Assembly: GCF_026571515.1 (NCBI RefSeq)
Contig: NW_026858658.1
Span: forward strand, 62,001 to 126,000
Source of the DNA: Ruditapes philippinarum
Lineage: Eukaryota
Direction of reading: 5' to 3'
Length of the DNA stretch: 64,000 nt
The notes under the pieces were generated by a model. The model searched no databases. It was not told where the DNA came from and saw only the letters and a program-made list of their open reading frames with translations. The translations under genes and the position numbers were made by a program. This document shows positions 40,253-51,997 of the stretch, in pieces. Each line of letters starts with the position of its first letter. Position 1 is the stretch's first letter.

Positions 40253-41086
40253 ATGATTCGAATAATGTTATCATTTTATGTTGCATTGTTAACGAGTTGC
40301 ATCGTGTCATCATCAGTAATTCATGAAACAAATTATGATTCGGAACTAAATGAAAAAGTAAGGACTATTGTTGAAAATTTTCTTCAGGAAAAATTAAATG
40401 TTAAGGGAGAAATAAGTAACGGACACGTAGAAAAGAAAATTGAACACCTTGAAAATAAACTTAAGCAAATGGAAATAAAGATAGCAGAACAAGACAAAAC
40501 TATAGCCGATCTGAAAAGTGTTATAACCAATATGGAACCAGCAAACGATAAAATAATTGAAACGTTTTTAAACAGCTCAAATGAAAACAAACATAATAGT
40601 AGTAAAATTGATGAAGCCGAAGATATGGACGTTGGTAAATTGATTGCCCCTGGACGAAGAGTAAAACGGGCAGTTGGAAATATTGCTTTTTCAGCTTACC
40701 TGACCCAAACGAATTCTCATACAATTGTTGGACAACCAATTAAATTTGATCAAGTGCTGCTAAATGATGGACAAGGGTATAATAAATATACGGGGGCCTT
40801 CACTGCACCTTTGTCCGGTGTTTACTTATTCACATATGCGATTGACACTAGAAAATTGACATTTGTTCGACTGGTTATAAATGGTGTAAATCAAGTCGAT
40901 GCCGTCGCAAATGTTCACACGAATGCTGAGAGTCGTCATTCACAATCAATGGGTGGCAATACCGCCATTGTGCATGTTGGACACGGTCAATCGGTGCTAG
41001 TGGAAACATACGAAATACCAGACGCCGAGACTGCATCGAGTAATACTTTTAGACTTTGCACGTTTTCTGGTGTACTATTGTACTGA
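40253..41086 (+). CDS. Secreted C1q-domain-containing protein (signal peptide, coiled coil, RRVKR, gC1q); intronless CDS; close paralog of 36038-36880
   Basis: 277-aa ORF that aligns by eye over its full length with gene 1 (ELNEKVR, KIAEQDKTIA, LIAP, NIAFSAYLT, TFRLCTFSGVLLY*). Confidence 0.95.
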   Translation: MIRIMLSFYVALLTSCIVSSSVIHETNYDSELNEKVRTIVENFLQEKLNVKGEISNGHVEKKIEHLENKLKQMEIKIAEQDKTIADLKSVITNMEPANDKIIETFLNSSNENKHNSSKIDEAEDMDVGKLIAPGRRVKRAVGNIAFSAYLTQTNSHTIVGQPIKFDQVLLNDGQGYNKYTGAFTAPLSGVYLFTYAIDTRKLTFVRLVINGVNQVDAVANVHTNAESRHSQSMGGNTAIVHVGHGQSVLVETYEIPDAETASSNTFRLCTFSGVLLY

Positions 41087-41820
41087 ATGTGACTTCTTGA
41101 AAGTAAATGATTTTATTTACATGTGTGTTAATAGGTCTGTAAAATTAATTTAGATATTTTACAAATGATTGTCTAATTGATGCATGTATTATGTTCATTT
41201 GATATTTTGTCTTACATTTTACAAATAACCAAGATGATATATGTAACATTATATGTTTATACTTTTACAGACTGATTTATAATATATTCATCAAATGGTT
41301 ATGTGATTAAATTCTGCTTAAAAGAGTTGTTTATATTTATTTTGTCTTAAATCCAAGAACCGATGTGAAATGCCATAGGTAAAGTAATTATTTTAGCAAT
41401 TCACTGGCTTGCAATGACAAATTTAAGTCTTGTTTATTGAAAGCCAGCTCATAATTATCTTATTATTTCTTCTGATGTAATGATGTGTATTTGTTATACC
41501 TAATTTTTGTCTGCAATGATAACTTCATTTTATATAATGGCTCTTTAATAAACCCATTCTTCAGGAATTGGAAGCCGCTGGTAAAACGTTATTGATAAAC
41601 CATGGAAGGCAGAAATGATTTACATAGGACATGAGACATAAATGCCTTGAATTTGCATGATCTGTTAAGGCCTTATTGGATCAAGTTCAATGTCGGTCAC
41701 ATTTCGTCAGTATGAAATTCAAAAATAATATCAATACCTTTACCGTTTTGAAATAGTTTGTAGTAACTTAAAGTACTTTTTGTGTAGAAATATCTATAAA
41801 AACGGAAGCATTATTAAAAG

Positions 41821-41931
41821 AAATTACATGAAAATTGCAGACTCGGTTTGATTGAGTCTGATCTTGAGGGATAATGGAAAATATCAACATCCCTCACGTC
41901 CCCTAGTACCGGCAATCGGTATTCATTTGAA
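41821..41931 (+). repeat. Short dispersed repeat shared with 28610-28727
   Basis: aaattacatgaaaattgcagactc(a/g)gtttgattgagtctg…cccc(t)ag(c/t)accggca occurs at both places. Confidence 0.7.
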
Positions 41932-43857
41932 GCTTGGGTCAAAGATTCAATTTTGATGTCAGCATATGTGAAAAGTCAACACTTTGTCGTATATATGCTC
42001 AGCGGGACACAAAGCAAAAACACGATAATACGTTAAAATCGCCAATCTGCCGTATCTTTGTGTTTTCTTCTTTCGCTTTGCGAGGCGCCAGAAGAAAAGA
42101 CGAAATTTACAACATTATCATGAAGCGATAAAGTGTTCACTTTGTCGTGTTTTTGTGTTTTCGTCTGGCGCCCCACGGAGCGAAAATACGACATGACACC
42201 AACCCCCTCCCCCCCCCCAAAAAAAAAAACACCCCCAAAAAACAACAAGGTTTTCAAGATTTGCAACAGGGAACGGTACTATTGATTAATATTCGAGAAT
42301 TTGGTACAAACACATGTCACTATAGACAACAGACATAAAGTTGGAGAAGACCAACAAAAATAATTACGTGACCGCAATGATTATCATGCATTTTCTGGGC
42401 AATCACGTAGTGGTAAAATTAATTAAGAAATCCTTTAATTTGATAGTCAAAACAAATCGAATTGAAAGCACCATTGAAAGAGGTGAAACGGCAAGTATAA
42501 ATATATTTAAATTGCTTCTGTAATTGGAAATCTCTCCCATATGAGTCGTTCATATTGTATATTTCTGGCTATTTTACTTTGATGTATCATATCCAATTCT
42601 CAAAGCATCAATTTCGCATCCTATTATATGTATTATATTAAATGTTTATGAATACCCCTTGCTTAGTTTTCCTCGTTGATATCCGTATCCAACTATCTGT
42701 GAACATTTTTTTAATTTGTTTTGTTCCTCAGTGCTGTTGCAACATGCTTTTTTATTTTGTTGTGTTATAATTATGTCCAAAACTGTATATTTTACAAGAT
42801 TAATAAATTGTACAGAATACATAAATGTAGGCAATTATCGAGGAGAATTTTACTTCACAGTCAGCAATACATTAAATTAAACAAATTTGGGGTAGTCTCG
42901 AAAAAAACACGGCTATTAAAAGATGCTTAATGAAGAAGAACTTCACTTGTGTATGTCTTCCTTTCTCAACATCACAGTAAAGTTTATTTCAATCGAAATC
43001 ACCTTAGATCTATCTAAAAATAGTTACATCCAGAAAATAAATCGGCTACCTTTTTACTTTCTTGTTTTGTTCGTTGGTAGTAATAATACTTTCAAACATT
43101 TGGTGATCTTTTATGAATCGAACAAACTATAGAAGTGTCATTATGGAAAAGTCATTTTGACCAGAGCAGAGTAGTGTTGAAACACACTATTAATGTGTAT
43201 TGCTTTGTTTCATGAGTCGAAAAAAATGATATTCAAAAACCTTGTTCTCAAAAGAGTTATTAATATGTTTGAAATAATTTAGCAAGTTTCAATTTCATTT
43301 TCAGTTCAATACTTACACAACTTTCGGTCCTTAACTAATATGAAAAGGCATGCAGGGAAACTATGATTACTTTTTGCCATTTTTGTACAGTTATTTAAAA
43401 ACGAACCATATATTTCATTAAAGTTAATCAATCGATATATTTTAGTGTTATTTGTTATATCCATTAGAAACAAGTTTTATTCAACGTCATTATTGAATCG
43501 GTTGTTTTTCCTTATAACGAATATATATGTGTATCGTATTTCTCTGAAATTACCGTAATTTCATAGCTATTCATTACGTAATGTAATGATTTATTGTTCT
43601 CACATTTTTCTTGTACTGCAAGTCTGAATTTAGTTCATTGTTTATTCTACCTGAAATGTTGGTTACCTTGCTTTTACTCATGTTAAACTATAAATGAGTA
43701 ATTTTGAAAGATCAAGTGCTTAAACGTTGTTTAACCAGCCTATTGAAAAGTAGCTGTAATATTATAGTAATTTGTAGCTATTTTCTGCAAACGTAGACAT
43801 TTGCTTTCAAATCTTTGGTCTGGCGTTAACCAACTTTATTGATAACAAATTTTTGGT

Positions 43858-44692
43858 ATATATTAGAAGCAATGTATTGACAATAACAACATCAATTACT
43901 GGCGTCAATGTAGAATCAGCATGATTTAACAGTGACTAGGACATTAAAATGATAGATGACCACGTTATGTATGAGCTATAGAAAAATAAAATACTTTTAT
44001 ATTAATAAAAATACATTTGGAAATACATTAAACAGCATGGGACTCTCTGTTGATATTGATTTCTTGATTGCCAGGGACTCTCAAATTAGTGCCTTATTGT
44101 CCTTGTTTTAAATGCAAAAAATGACGATTGATTATCTTATTTTCCATCAATGCCTTTTTAAACATTATATGAAAATCTACGTTGCCAGTAATCACAGAAA
44201 TAGTTTTAATATCATTAATCCCCTTTTTTAATGTTTTCTGCGTGTTGTTCGTAATGTGTGTGTTGTCCTCGAAAATAGCATTATAAAATGCTGTTATAGC
44301 AATCTATTGTGACCGGGGCGTCCGTGGCCGAGTGGTTAATGTCGTTGACTTCAAACTACTTGCCCCTCAACGCTGTGGGTTCGAATCCTGACAGGGACTT
44401 TTGATTCTTTTATGTGAGGAAGCTATCCAGCTAGCTTACGGAACGTCAGTGGTTCTTCACAGGTGCCCGTTCGTGCGTGAAATAATTCACGGAAGGGTAC
44501 CTGAGGTCTTCCTCCACCGGTAAAGCTTGGATGTCACCATATGACCAATACTGTGTCGGTGTGACGTAAAACCCAATCAAACAAACAATCTATTACCACC
44601 ATTTATTTATCATTTGCAGTGTATGTGACGCTTTTGAAAACCACGTAACTTCATTTAGTTTTCTATGAACAACAGCAATGAAAGCAAAACAA
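43858..44692 (+). repeat. Duplicated segment, copy A (SINE-filled); paralog at 59377-59961
   Basis: Long shared tracts, e.g. ttagaagcaatgtattgacaataacaac, tactggcgtcaatgtagaa and cattaaacagcatgggactctctgttgatattgatttcttgattgccagg. Confidence 0.85.
44315..44585 (+). mobile_element. tRNA-derived SINE, same family as 34946-35226
   Basis: GGGGCGTCCGTGGCCGAGTGGTTAA…GGGTTCGAATCCTGAC…GAAGCTATCCAGCTAGCTTACGGAACGTC…GTGACGTAAAACCCAA(CAAA)n; CAATCTATT occurs at 44300 and 44586 (partial TSD). Confidence 0.9.
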
Positions 44693-44988
44693 TCTAATTA
44701 TTGTCCAACAAACATTGACCTGGTACTCTTGCATTTGACCCTGTAGTCGGTTTATTTCGTAAATGTTATTACGATCTACTTGTAAATCGATATAAATGTA
44801 ATTATCCAATTGTTAAAATGGTGTTAATTAAAAATCCCTCTCAGCGCATTTTGTAAAGGGGTTTCGCTTGAACAATGTAGAAGATTTTATCCCGTTTCAT
44901 TGATTTATTTTTAATTTTATTTTTAAACAATGCCATTCTCTTACAACTATTGCAAACCGTTTTTGTTGTGTGTTCAATCTGTGTAGCA

Positions 44989-45570
44989 TTTTTATGCCCC
45001 CGGACATATAGTAATTGAACCGTCCGTCCGTCCGTCTGTCTGTCCGTCCGTTCGTCTGTCCGTACGAGGTAAACCTAGAACGGCAAGTTGGATTTTTCTT
45101 AAAGTCTACCTGTACCAATGGCTTCTTAGTTTACACACTAACTTATCAATACAAAGTACATGATCTGGGCAAGTAACATAACTCTGGCTTTCATTTTTAC
45201 CAAGTTATTGCCCTTTTCAGCACTTAGAAAATGAATAATGGTTAACCTAAAACGGCAAGTTGGAAATATCTTAAGTTCTATCTGAACTAATGGCTTTATA
45301 ATTTCCACACTTACTTATCAATACAAAGTACATGATATTGCCAAGTTATATAACTGTGTCATCCATATTTCCCAGTTATTTCCCTTTTTTCACTTTGAAA
45401 ATAGGGCCTTGTCTGGTTAACCTATTTCGGCAAGTTGGATTTATCTTAAATTTCTCATAATTGCTTAATTTCTTTAATGATATCTTTCATATTTAGTAGG
45501 TGGATACCTTTGATGGTTCTCTAATTTTTTGTGGAGTAAGCGTTCTCTAGGGTCAAGGTCACTGGTTAAA
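44989..45570 (+). mobile_element. Helentron-associated non-autonomous element (HINE / pearl-CvA-like) with internal tandem repeats, 3' end unclear
   Basis: TTTTTATGCCCCC start, a (CCGT/CTGT)n microsatellite, then about 2.5 copies of a ~170-bp unit (ggt.aaccta.aacggcaagttgga…acttatcaatacaaagtacatgat…gttatt.ccctttt). Confidence 0.75.
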
Positions 45571-46592
45571 AAAATAAATATAAACATTTTTGCTCATACA
45601 GCCTTTATTTTTTAGTTGATGTTTAATTTCATTAGGGCTTTAAGAAATGTCCATCATAGAGTCTCCCTTGGTCGGTCAGAAGTAATCAAAAGAGGAAAGT
45701 GTAGTGTCTAACTGTAAAAGGGTTGAACACTAAGCATGCAGTATGTCTTAAAATAGTAGGGTCATAAGACACTTTAGTACTTTGAGGGCAATCTCTTGTT
45801 CAAATGTTGTTAATTTATCAAAATATTGGACTCTGTCATTCAAATAGCGTCATATTTGGTACGTACATGTTCTTATGGTTATCTAATAATTGAAAACAAG
45901 TTTCGTGCCAGTAGACGGGACAAGAGCGCAATTAACAACAGAATGATTGCGATTACGTTAGGTAGTATTTTCATTTTTTGTTGTTTGTAGTTGTTTTTTG
46001 TTATTGTTGTTCTAGGTTTTTGTGTTTTTATAGCTGTTTTATGAATTTACGAAAGTGAAAATAGCAAATCACTCGTTAAAATGGACATAAAATATTTTAA
46101 ACATAGCTTTCTACAATGGTAAATATGACAAAAACGCACTGACAATTTGGCAACAAAAGTTTTTTTAAAAGAAAACGCTATCTATATAAGTGTTTTTATT
46201 AAGGTTGAAAATAACTTATAAAGTACAATATCTGCAGAGCAAAGCCCAATTGAAAGACAAAGAAATGGAAATAATACTCTTACATGTCGTCTATGCTGTA
46301 TGTCAGGTACCAGTCCGAATTTCAAAACCTTATCAGTCAGTCAAGCTCGTCCGAAATTTATGATCTTTTATTTTGGCAGCAACTCCTTGTTTTCCTCGTG
46401 ATGTGTACAATGATCGCAATATGTATCTGACATAATATTTAATTCTGTTCAAGTTAACGCTTTACTGAGTGCATGGGTCTGCAATTAAAGTCACCTTTAG
46501 CTGCTACTTATTTAATACGCTATAAAGAAAAATAATTCGCTTGTCATTACACAAATATATTTGTACGTACTTTTCCTTCAACAGAATGTAAA

Positions 46593-46668
46593 ATGACCGA
46601 AATTACATTACAAATTGTATATTTTAGGTTTTTGATATGCCTGCTGCATTCCTTTCCAAAGACATCTG
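46593..46668 (+). CDS. Signal-peptide exon of a putative Ly6/three-finger-like Cys-rich secreted protein
   Basis: Acceptor ttttccttcaacag| at 46584 and ATG at 46593; encodes MTEITLQIVYFRFLICLLHSFPKTS followed by G|gtaagc (phase 1). Confidence 0.6.
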
Positions 46669-46934
46669 GTAAGCATTAAATACATGGTTGTATCACTTTC
46701 GGTCCCAAAACAAAGAACCGTATATTGCTCAGATTACGTGGTAAAATGAGAACCTGTTTGCTGGACTACTTTTTATCTAGCGTCACTTTTTACAGTTTTT
46801 TTTAACTTTAAGCAGAACGCTAGGTAATAATAGAAATGAAGCTGAACTTTACTATGACGATAACACAGTAGCATATGATAAAACAATCTAAAATATTTTA
46901 TTCATTGTACTTCTTTATAAAACATTTACTTTAG

Positions 46935-47014
46935 ACGCCTTGCAGTGTTACAATTGTACCGACATTGCTGACGTTGATGAATGTCTCACAGTGACAGAAT
47001 GCCATGCCGGTCAG
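46935..47014 (+). CDS. Second coding exon of the Ly6/three-finger-like protein
   Basis: Acceptor atttactttag| (phase 1); encodes (D)ALQCYNCTDIADVDECLTVTECHAGQ, then |gtaaat. The ALxCYxC start and Cys spacing are typical of LU/three-finger-like domains. Confidence 0.7.
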
Positions 47015-47952
47015 GTAAATATCTAATTGTATTATAATGTTATATTGGTCAAAGAAATGTTCTACCACAAATTCGCATAATATAATACTATTCTGATAAA
47101 TATTGACACGTTTTTGAATTTAATAATGTTAAAGTAAATATTGACGAATGAGTGTCAGGTTATTGTCAAAGAGAGAAAAATGATATATAAATAGTCAGGA
47201 AGATACCTTTAGTATGACAATAAAATTCCATGCCGGGCAGATACAGGATTCAAAGTTACAAAGACATTTCAGAACTCGGGTATTCATTGACATTATTTTA
47301 ATAAAAGTGTTGAAATTTCGAAACGCATAACCCAACAATGTATAAGTGACAACATATACATGTACCAAGACATTTTTATTGTTGTTGCTTTTCTTGTTTT
47401 TTGTTGTTGTTTTTTTTTTGGGGGGGGGATGGGGGGTTTGTTGTTGTTGTAATCCTGTCATTTAATAGAACAATGCAAACGTATGTATTCTTTTATCTTT
47501 ATTTGATCTGATGAAACAATCTATTATTGTTACGGCAAAACAAGAACAAAAGAAGTGGATAAGCAAAGTAATATTGGTAATGTTATATACAGTACTGCTG
47601 ACATTATTCTCTTTTTTTCCGTTATCAAGATTAGCTTAATAAGTTATTAAATTCAAATGATTGGCTATCATTATAATAGTCATTGATAAAAAAATTTGAT
47701 AAAATAATGGTTTATAAATAATGGTAATAAAAAAATCAAAATTGCCTAAAATGTAAAAAAAGACTGTCCCACTTTTTTATAAATCGAACGTTACTGGATA
47801 TTAATGTAATATTTCGCGAGTCATGTAGGTTATTGATTAATCCGCCAAATAGAATACAAAAGTATGGCAAAAAAATAAAGTTTTTTTTTTTACTTTCACA
47901 TGTGCACTCACTATTAATTTTACTCTACGATGGGCATAATGTCGGCGTTCAA

Positions 47953-48476
47953 TCAAATTTCCGGTAAAGGATTTCTCTCACATATTTGTATTAAACTTCT
48001 GTTACAATCATCATATTGCCATTCTTGAGAAAAGTACCCGAGACGCCTACAATATAAATTTAAAGCCCCATTCTTCACTCCCTTCATTGCTGCACTCGCG
48101 CCTTGATTAACTGGTGATTTGGTTGTCTGTGTTTTGTCGCTGTCTGGCTCTAGTCTACCATCTTCTAATTCTGTATTGCTATGAACTGTTGGTTGATGGT
48201 AAGTAGGGGTGGAATTTTCGTCTACGGCTTCCGTTACAGTGCCATGCTGGTGTCCGGCGCCTAACCAAAATCCGTAACCGGAAGTCGGAGTAGGCAAAGA
48301 GTTACTGATCGACGCCATCTTTGTGTCAGTATTTTTAGTTGTGTGTGGCAGCGAATGCATTTCATGTTCTTCTATCTCTGGATTAATGAAGAACCCCCTA
48401 CCGGATTTTAACGCTAGCTGTGTAACACCATCTGTACTGGACTTGTCGTCTGCAAGACTGTTTACAGTAGTCAAGG
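47953..48476 (-). CDS. Type II membrane C-type-lectin-like protein, coding exon 6 (last): insertion, FWLG, insertion, C…W..DDC…ICE
   Basis: Acceptor ttgttttaatgtag|CC (phase 1) leads into the 173-aa ORF, which contains GFWLGA and LYCRRLGYFSQEWQYDDCNRSLIQICER. Confidence 0.85.
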
Positions 48477-48841
48477 CTACATTAAAACAAAGTTGTTAAT
48501 TAGTTTGAATCATCATACCATCGTGAAACAGCAAATCAGAATCCCTAAAGACAGTCCAAAACGGCAAATTTGAAAATAATGAAGGTTCGGTTTGATTGAG
48601 CCTATTCATGGACAGAAATGAAAGATGCAAGTTACCGTCTACGTCCTTAGTACTGGCTTAAAATAAAAAAAGTATGGTAAAGTATTGAACTTAGAAACAT
48701 CTGCAATTGTGTTCATGCGGCAGTTACCATTGTAACTTCAATGTGACAAATTCGTACCTTCCAGGAAAAGCGGCGTATGGCCACAAAGAATTTGAATTCG
48801 TGTGTCCTAAATGAGAAAACAATAGGCGGAATGAAATAAAA

Positions 48842-49078
48842 TGAGCCGCGTCACGACAAAACCAACATAATGGGTTTGCGACCAGCATGGATCCAGACCA
48901 GCCTGCGCATCCGCGCAGTCTGATCAGGATCCATGCTGTTCGCTTACCAACTCTATTACATGTAGAGAACCTGATAGCGAACAGCATGGATCCTGATCAG
49001 ACTGTGCGGATGCACAGGCTGGTCTGGATCCATGCTGGTCGCAAACCCATTATGTTGGTTTTGTCATGGCACGGCTCA
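48842..49078. mobile_element. Palindromic MITE (237 bp), copy 2, in the last intron of the lectin-like gene
   Basis: Same arms and length as 29982-30218. Confidence 0.9.
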
Positions 49079-49821
49079 AATGATATCTTAAAAGAGGATC
49101 AGATGTTTAGAAGCTTGTATGAATTTAAGAATATAAAAATACATCAGAAAAAAAAAGTTAAATATTGTAGAACTTACAATGTGGCGTTTGGTCAGTATGC
49201 TCATTTTGCCCATCCTCTAAAGCGTCCTTAATAAAGCCCAAGTCGTGAGCAAGCATTTTATGTTCAGCAATACAACATCCTGTCAAAAGTAAAATCTACC
49301 AAATTATAAATTTCAGACTTTTAAAATAATTCTATCTTGCATTTGGTGGTACATGAAAAACTTTTGCTCAACTTTTCGCTGTTGAAAATGTTCACAATTT
49401 CTCTCATATATTCCATATTCACTAAAAATACTTTCTTTTTTTCCATTATTCAGCGAATGAATAGGCTTAAACAACATTAATTCAAGGTCAATTATTGTGA
49501 AAGATTATAGCTTGGACCACCCTTAGTAGATTCGAAAGCACGACCCGTATCGCAGAAAAGTTAACATTAAGTAATTCATTTCCACAATGTCTGTATTTTA
49601 AACTACCAAAGTTTTTTATTCCAAAGTACCAACAATTGTTTTCCATTCCGACAAGCTATCTATTCTTAACTACCAATTATTGTAATTCATTTTCATAAGT
49701 TATTTTATTCTAAACTACGAATTATTGTTTTTCATTTAGACAAGTTTTTATTTAAAAAAAACCAACAAAAATACAAAAAGGGTCATTCATTTTCACTTCC
49801 TTAAAACATTTAATAACCTAC

Positions 49822-49921
49822 CTATATATCTGTTTATTTGAGTATTCATGAATTCTTGAACCTTTTTCGCCTCCTTGGTATCATTAACAAGGGGCACTGC
49901 TTCTATACTCGCGCAATATTC
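49822..49921 (-). CDS. C-type-lectin-like protein, coding exon 5 (helix alpha1 Cys to alpha2)
   Basis: tatttacag|GAA…ATAG|gtaggt; 100 nt, phase 0-1; EYCASIEAVPLVNDTKEAKKVQEFMNTQINRYI. Confidence 0.85.
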
Positions 49922-50389
49922 CTGTAAATAAAGAAAAATAAATTAAAATAAAGATAACACATAATTATGAGTCGTCTCCCTTTTTCTTACTCAAGAACCG
50001 CGTTACCAGGGATACGAGATCAATGTCACGTGGGTAGAAGCCCTTTGCTTTGACAAAGACAAGATATGCAAATCCTTACATATCGGACTGGTGTTAAAAC
50101 CTGTGTCGGAAACTTCATCTGGCAACGGAAAGCCAAGATCAGACCGGGTATCGTGATCCGAGCCGCAACGTATAACATATATTATAAATATATCACATGA
50201 CATGGCTTCTATTAACCCTAAACCTGTTGAATGTGTGGTATTGATTTTTCCTGTTTTGAATCTGGAACATTCCATTCAATGTTTATTTCAATATAGAAAT
50301 AAAAAAAAAACTACCAAACAGTATAGAGCTTATAAAGGCCGCGCTTTACGTACAAAATTTGCCTGGCTTTATACTCGTGGTAAACGTAC

Positions 50390-50475
50390 CTCTGCGTCTG
50401 AACTATGCACTGGCGTGGAACTGTACATGTAGCACTTCCGGTTATAATATGTCCAGTTGGCAGGGCAATCAGTCT
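50390..50475 (-). CDS. C-type-lectin-like protein, coding exon 4 (CTLD N-terminus)
   Basis: tttcattcttag|AG…GAG|gtacgt; 86 nt, phase 1-0; (E)TDCPANWTYYNRKCYMYSSTPVHSSDAE is the canonical CPxxWxxxxxxCY long-form CTLD start. Confidence 0.9.
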
Positions 50476-50592
50476 CTAAGAATGAAAGAAAATAAATATA
50501 TACATGAAGTAGTATAACTATTTTGAAACTACACACATTTAATTTTGTGCGTAAAATGTCAAAACAAGTTCATTTTCAATACTTTCAATGTG

Positions 50593-51381
50593 TTTACTCA
50601 TGTGATAAAACAATATGCTTAGTCATGTGATAAAACCAATGTGTTTAGTCATGTGATAAAACTAATGCGTTTAGTCATGTAATAAAACAATGAACTTGGT
50701 TATGTGACAAACCAATGCGCCTAGTCATTTTATAAAACAATGCACTTAGTCATATTATAAAACAATGTGCTTAGTTGTGTGATGAAACAATGTATTTAGT
50801 CATATTATAAAACAATGCGTTTAGTCATGTGATAAAACAATGCATTTAGTCAGGTGATAAACCAAATGCGTTTAGTCATGTCATAAACAGTGCGATTAGT
50901 AATGTGATAAAACAGTGCGTTAAGTAATGTGATAAAATATTGCGTTTAGTCAAGTGATAAAACAATACATTTAATCATGTGATGAACCAATGCACTTAGT
51001 CATGTGATAAAACAATGCGTTTAGTCATGTGATAAAACAATGTATTTAGTCATGTGATACAACAATGCACTTAGTCAACTAATAAAACAGTGCGTTTAGT
51101 AATGTGATAAAACATTGCGTTTAGTCATGTGATAGAACAATGCATTTAGTCATGTGATGAACCAATGCACTAAGTCATGTTATAAAACAATGCATTTAGT
51201 CATGCGATAAACAAATGCGTTTAGTCATGTGATAAAACAATGTATTTAGTCATGTGTTAAAACAATGTGTTTAGTCATGTTATAAAACAATCTTTTTAGT
51301 CATGTGATAAAACAATGCGTTTAGTCATGTGGTAAAACAATGATTAAAGTCATGTGGTAAAACAATGAGCGTCATCATGTA
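50593..51381. repeat. 25-bp minisatellite (about 31 copies), intronic
   Basis: Consensus TTAGTCATGTGATAAAACAATGCGT, head-to-tail with scattered substitutions and no unique spacers. Confidence 0.95.
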
Positions 51382-51510
51382 ATCTCACACTCGTTGCCAT
51401 ATAATACAACACAAAAAGACCTTTCATTAAAAAGTTTAAAGAATTGAAAGAGCTCAAACATTTTATATTAAAGCATATTTGAAATATTCTGATATATCTA
51501 AGTTTTTTAC

Positions 51511-51603
51511 CTTTGACAGAAGCTTGGCTGGGTACATTTTCTTGTTCTGGAAAAGTGGAATTCTCCTCTAAGGAAGGCAATAGCTGTTCTCGTGTCATGA
51601 ACA
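51511..51603 (-). CDS. C-type-lectin-like protein, coding exon 3 (stalk)
   Basis: aatattccag|TG…AAAG|gtaaaa; 93 nt, phase 1-1; (V)FMTREQLLPSLEENSTFPEQENVPSQASVK. Confidence 0.8.
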
Positions 51604-51820
51604 CTGGAATATTGTGTGAATAATTTTGTTTAGAAATGAACGATGGTGATAAGATTCACACAGAAATGTTTCAAATAGGTAAAAGTAATAGGTTATAGTA
51701 AAATTGATTAACAGAAGTAATTCTTTTCATCTCATTACAATTTGCCGGGCAAAAAAGATTGGAACCGCGGCACCCACGAGGACTACCTAAATAGACAACG
51801 TAATGTCATTTATCACTTAC

Positions 51821-51997
51821 CTGTTAAATACAAGGTGATGCCGCCTGTTGCCAGAAGGACGAACGAGCTGACAATGATGAAATACCGTATAAAAGACCAG
51901 CCAGATTTGTTGATGTCCTCGTTGTCAGTATCGTCTCTCTGATCATCTGACGTCACGTTTTCTTCTACGTCAATAATAGATTCTTCACGCAGGGATT
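51821..51997 (-). CDS. C-type-lectin-like protein, coding exon 2 (acidic cytoplasmic tail and signal-anchor TM)
   Basis: atataatatag|AA…ACAG|gtaagt; 177 nt, phase 1-1; (E)SLREESIIDVEENVTSDDQRDDTDNEDINKSGWSFIRYFIIVSSFVLLATGGITLYLT. Confidence 0.85.

Noticed and set aside
48724-49231. ORFs of 87 and 114 aa
   Set aside because: They derive from the palindromic MITE sequence.
50593-51381. Regular short-repeat array superficially like CRISPR
   Set aside because: The 25-bp units are contiguous with no unique spacers, there are no cas genes, and it sits in a eukaryotic intron.
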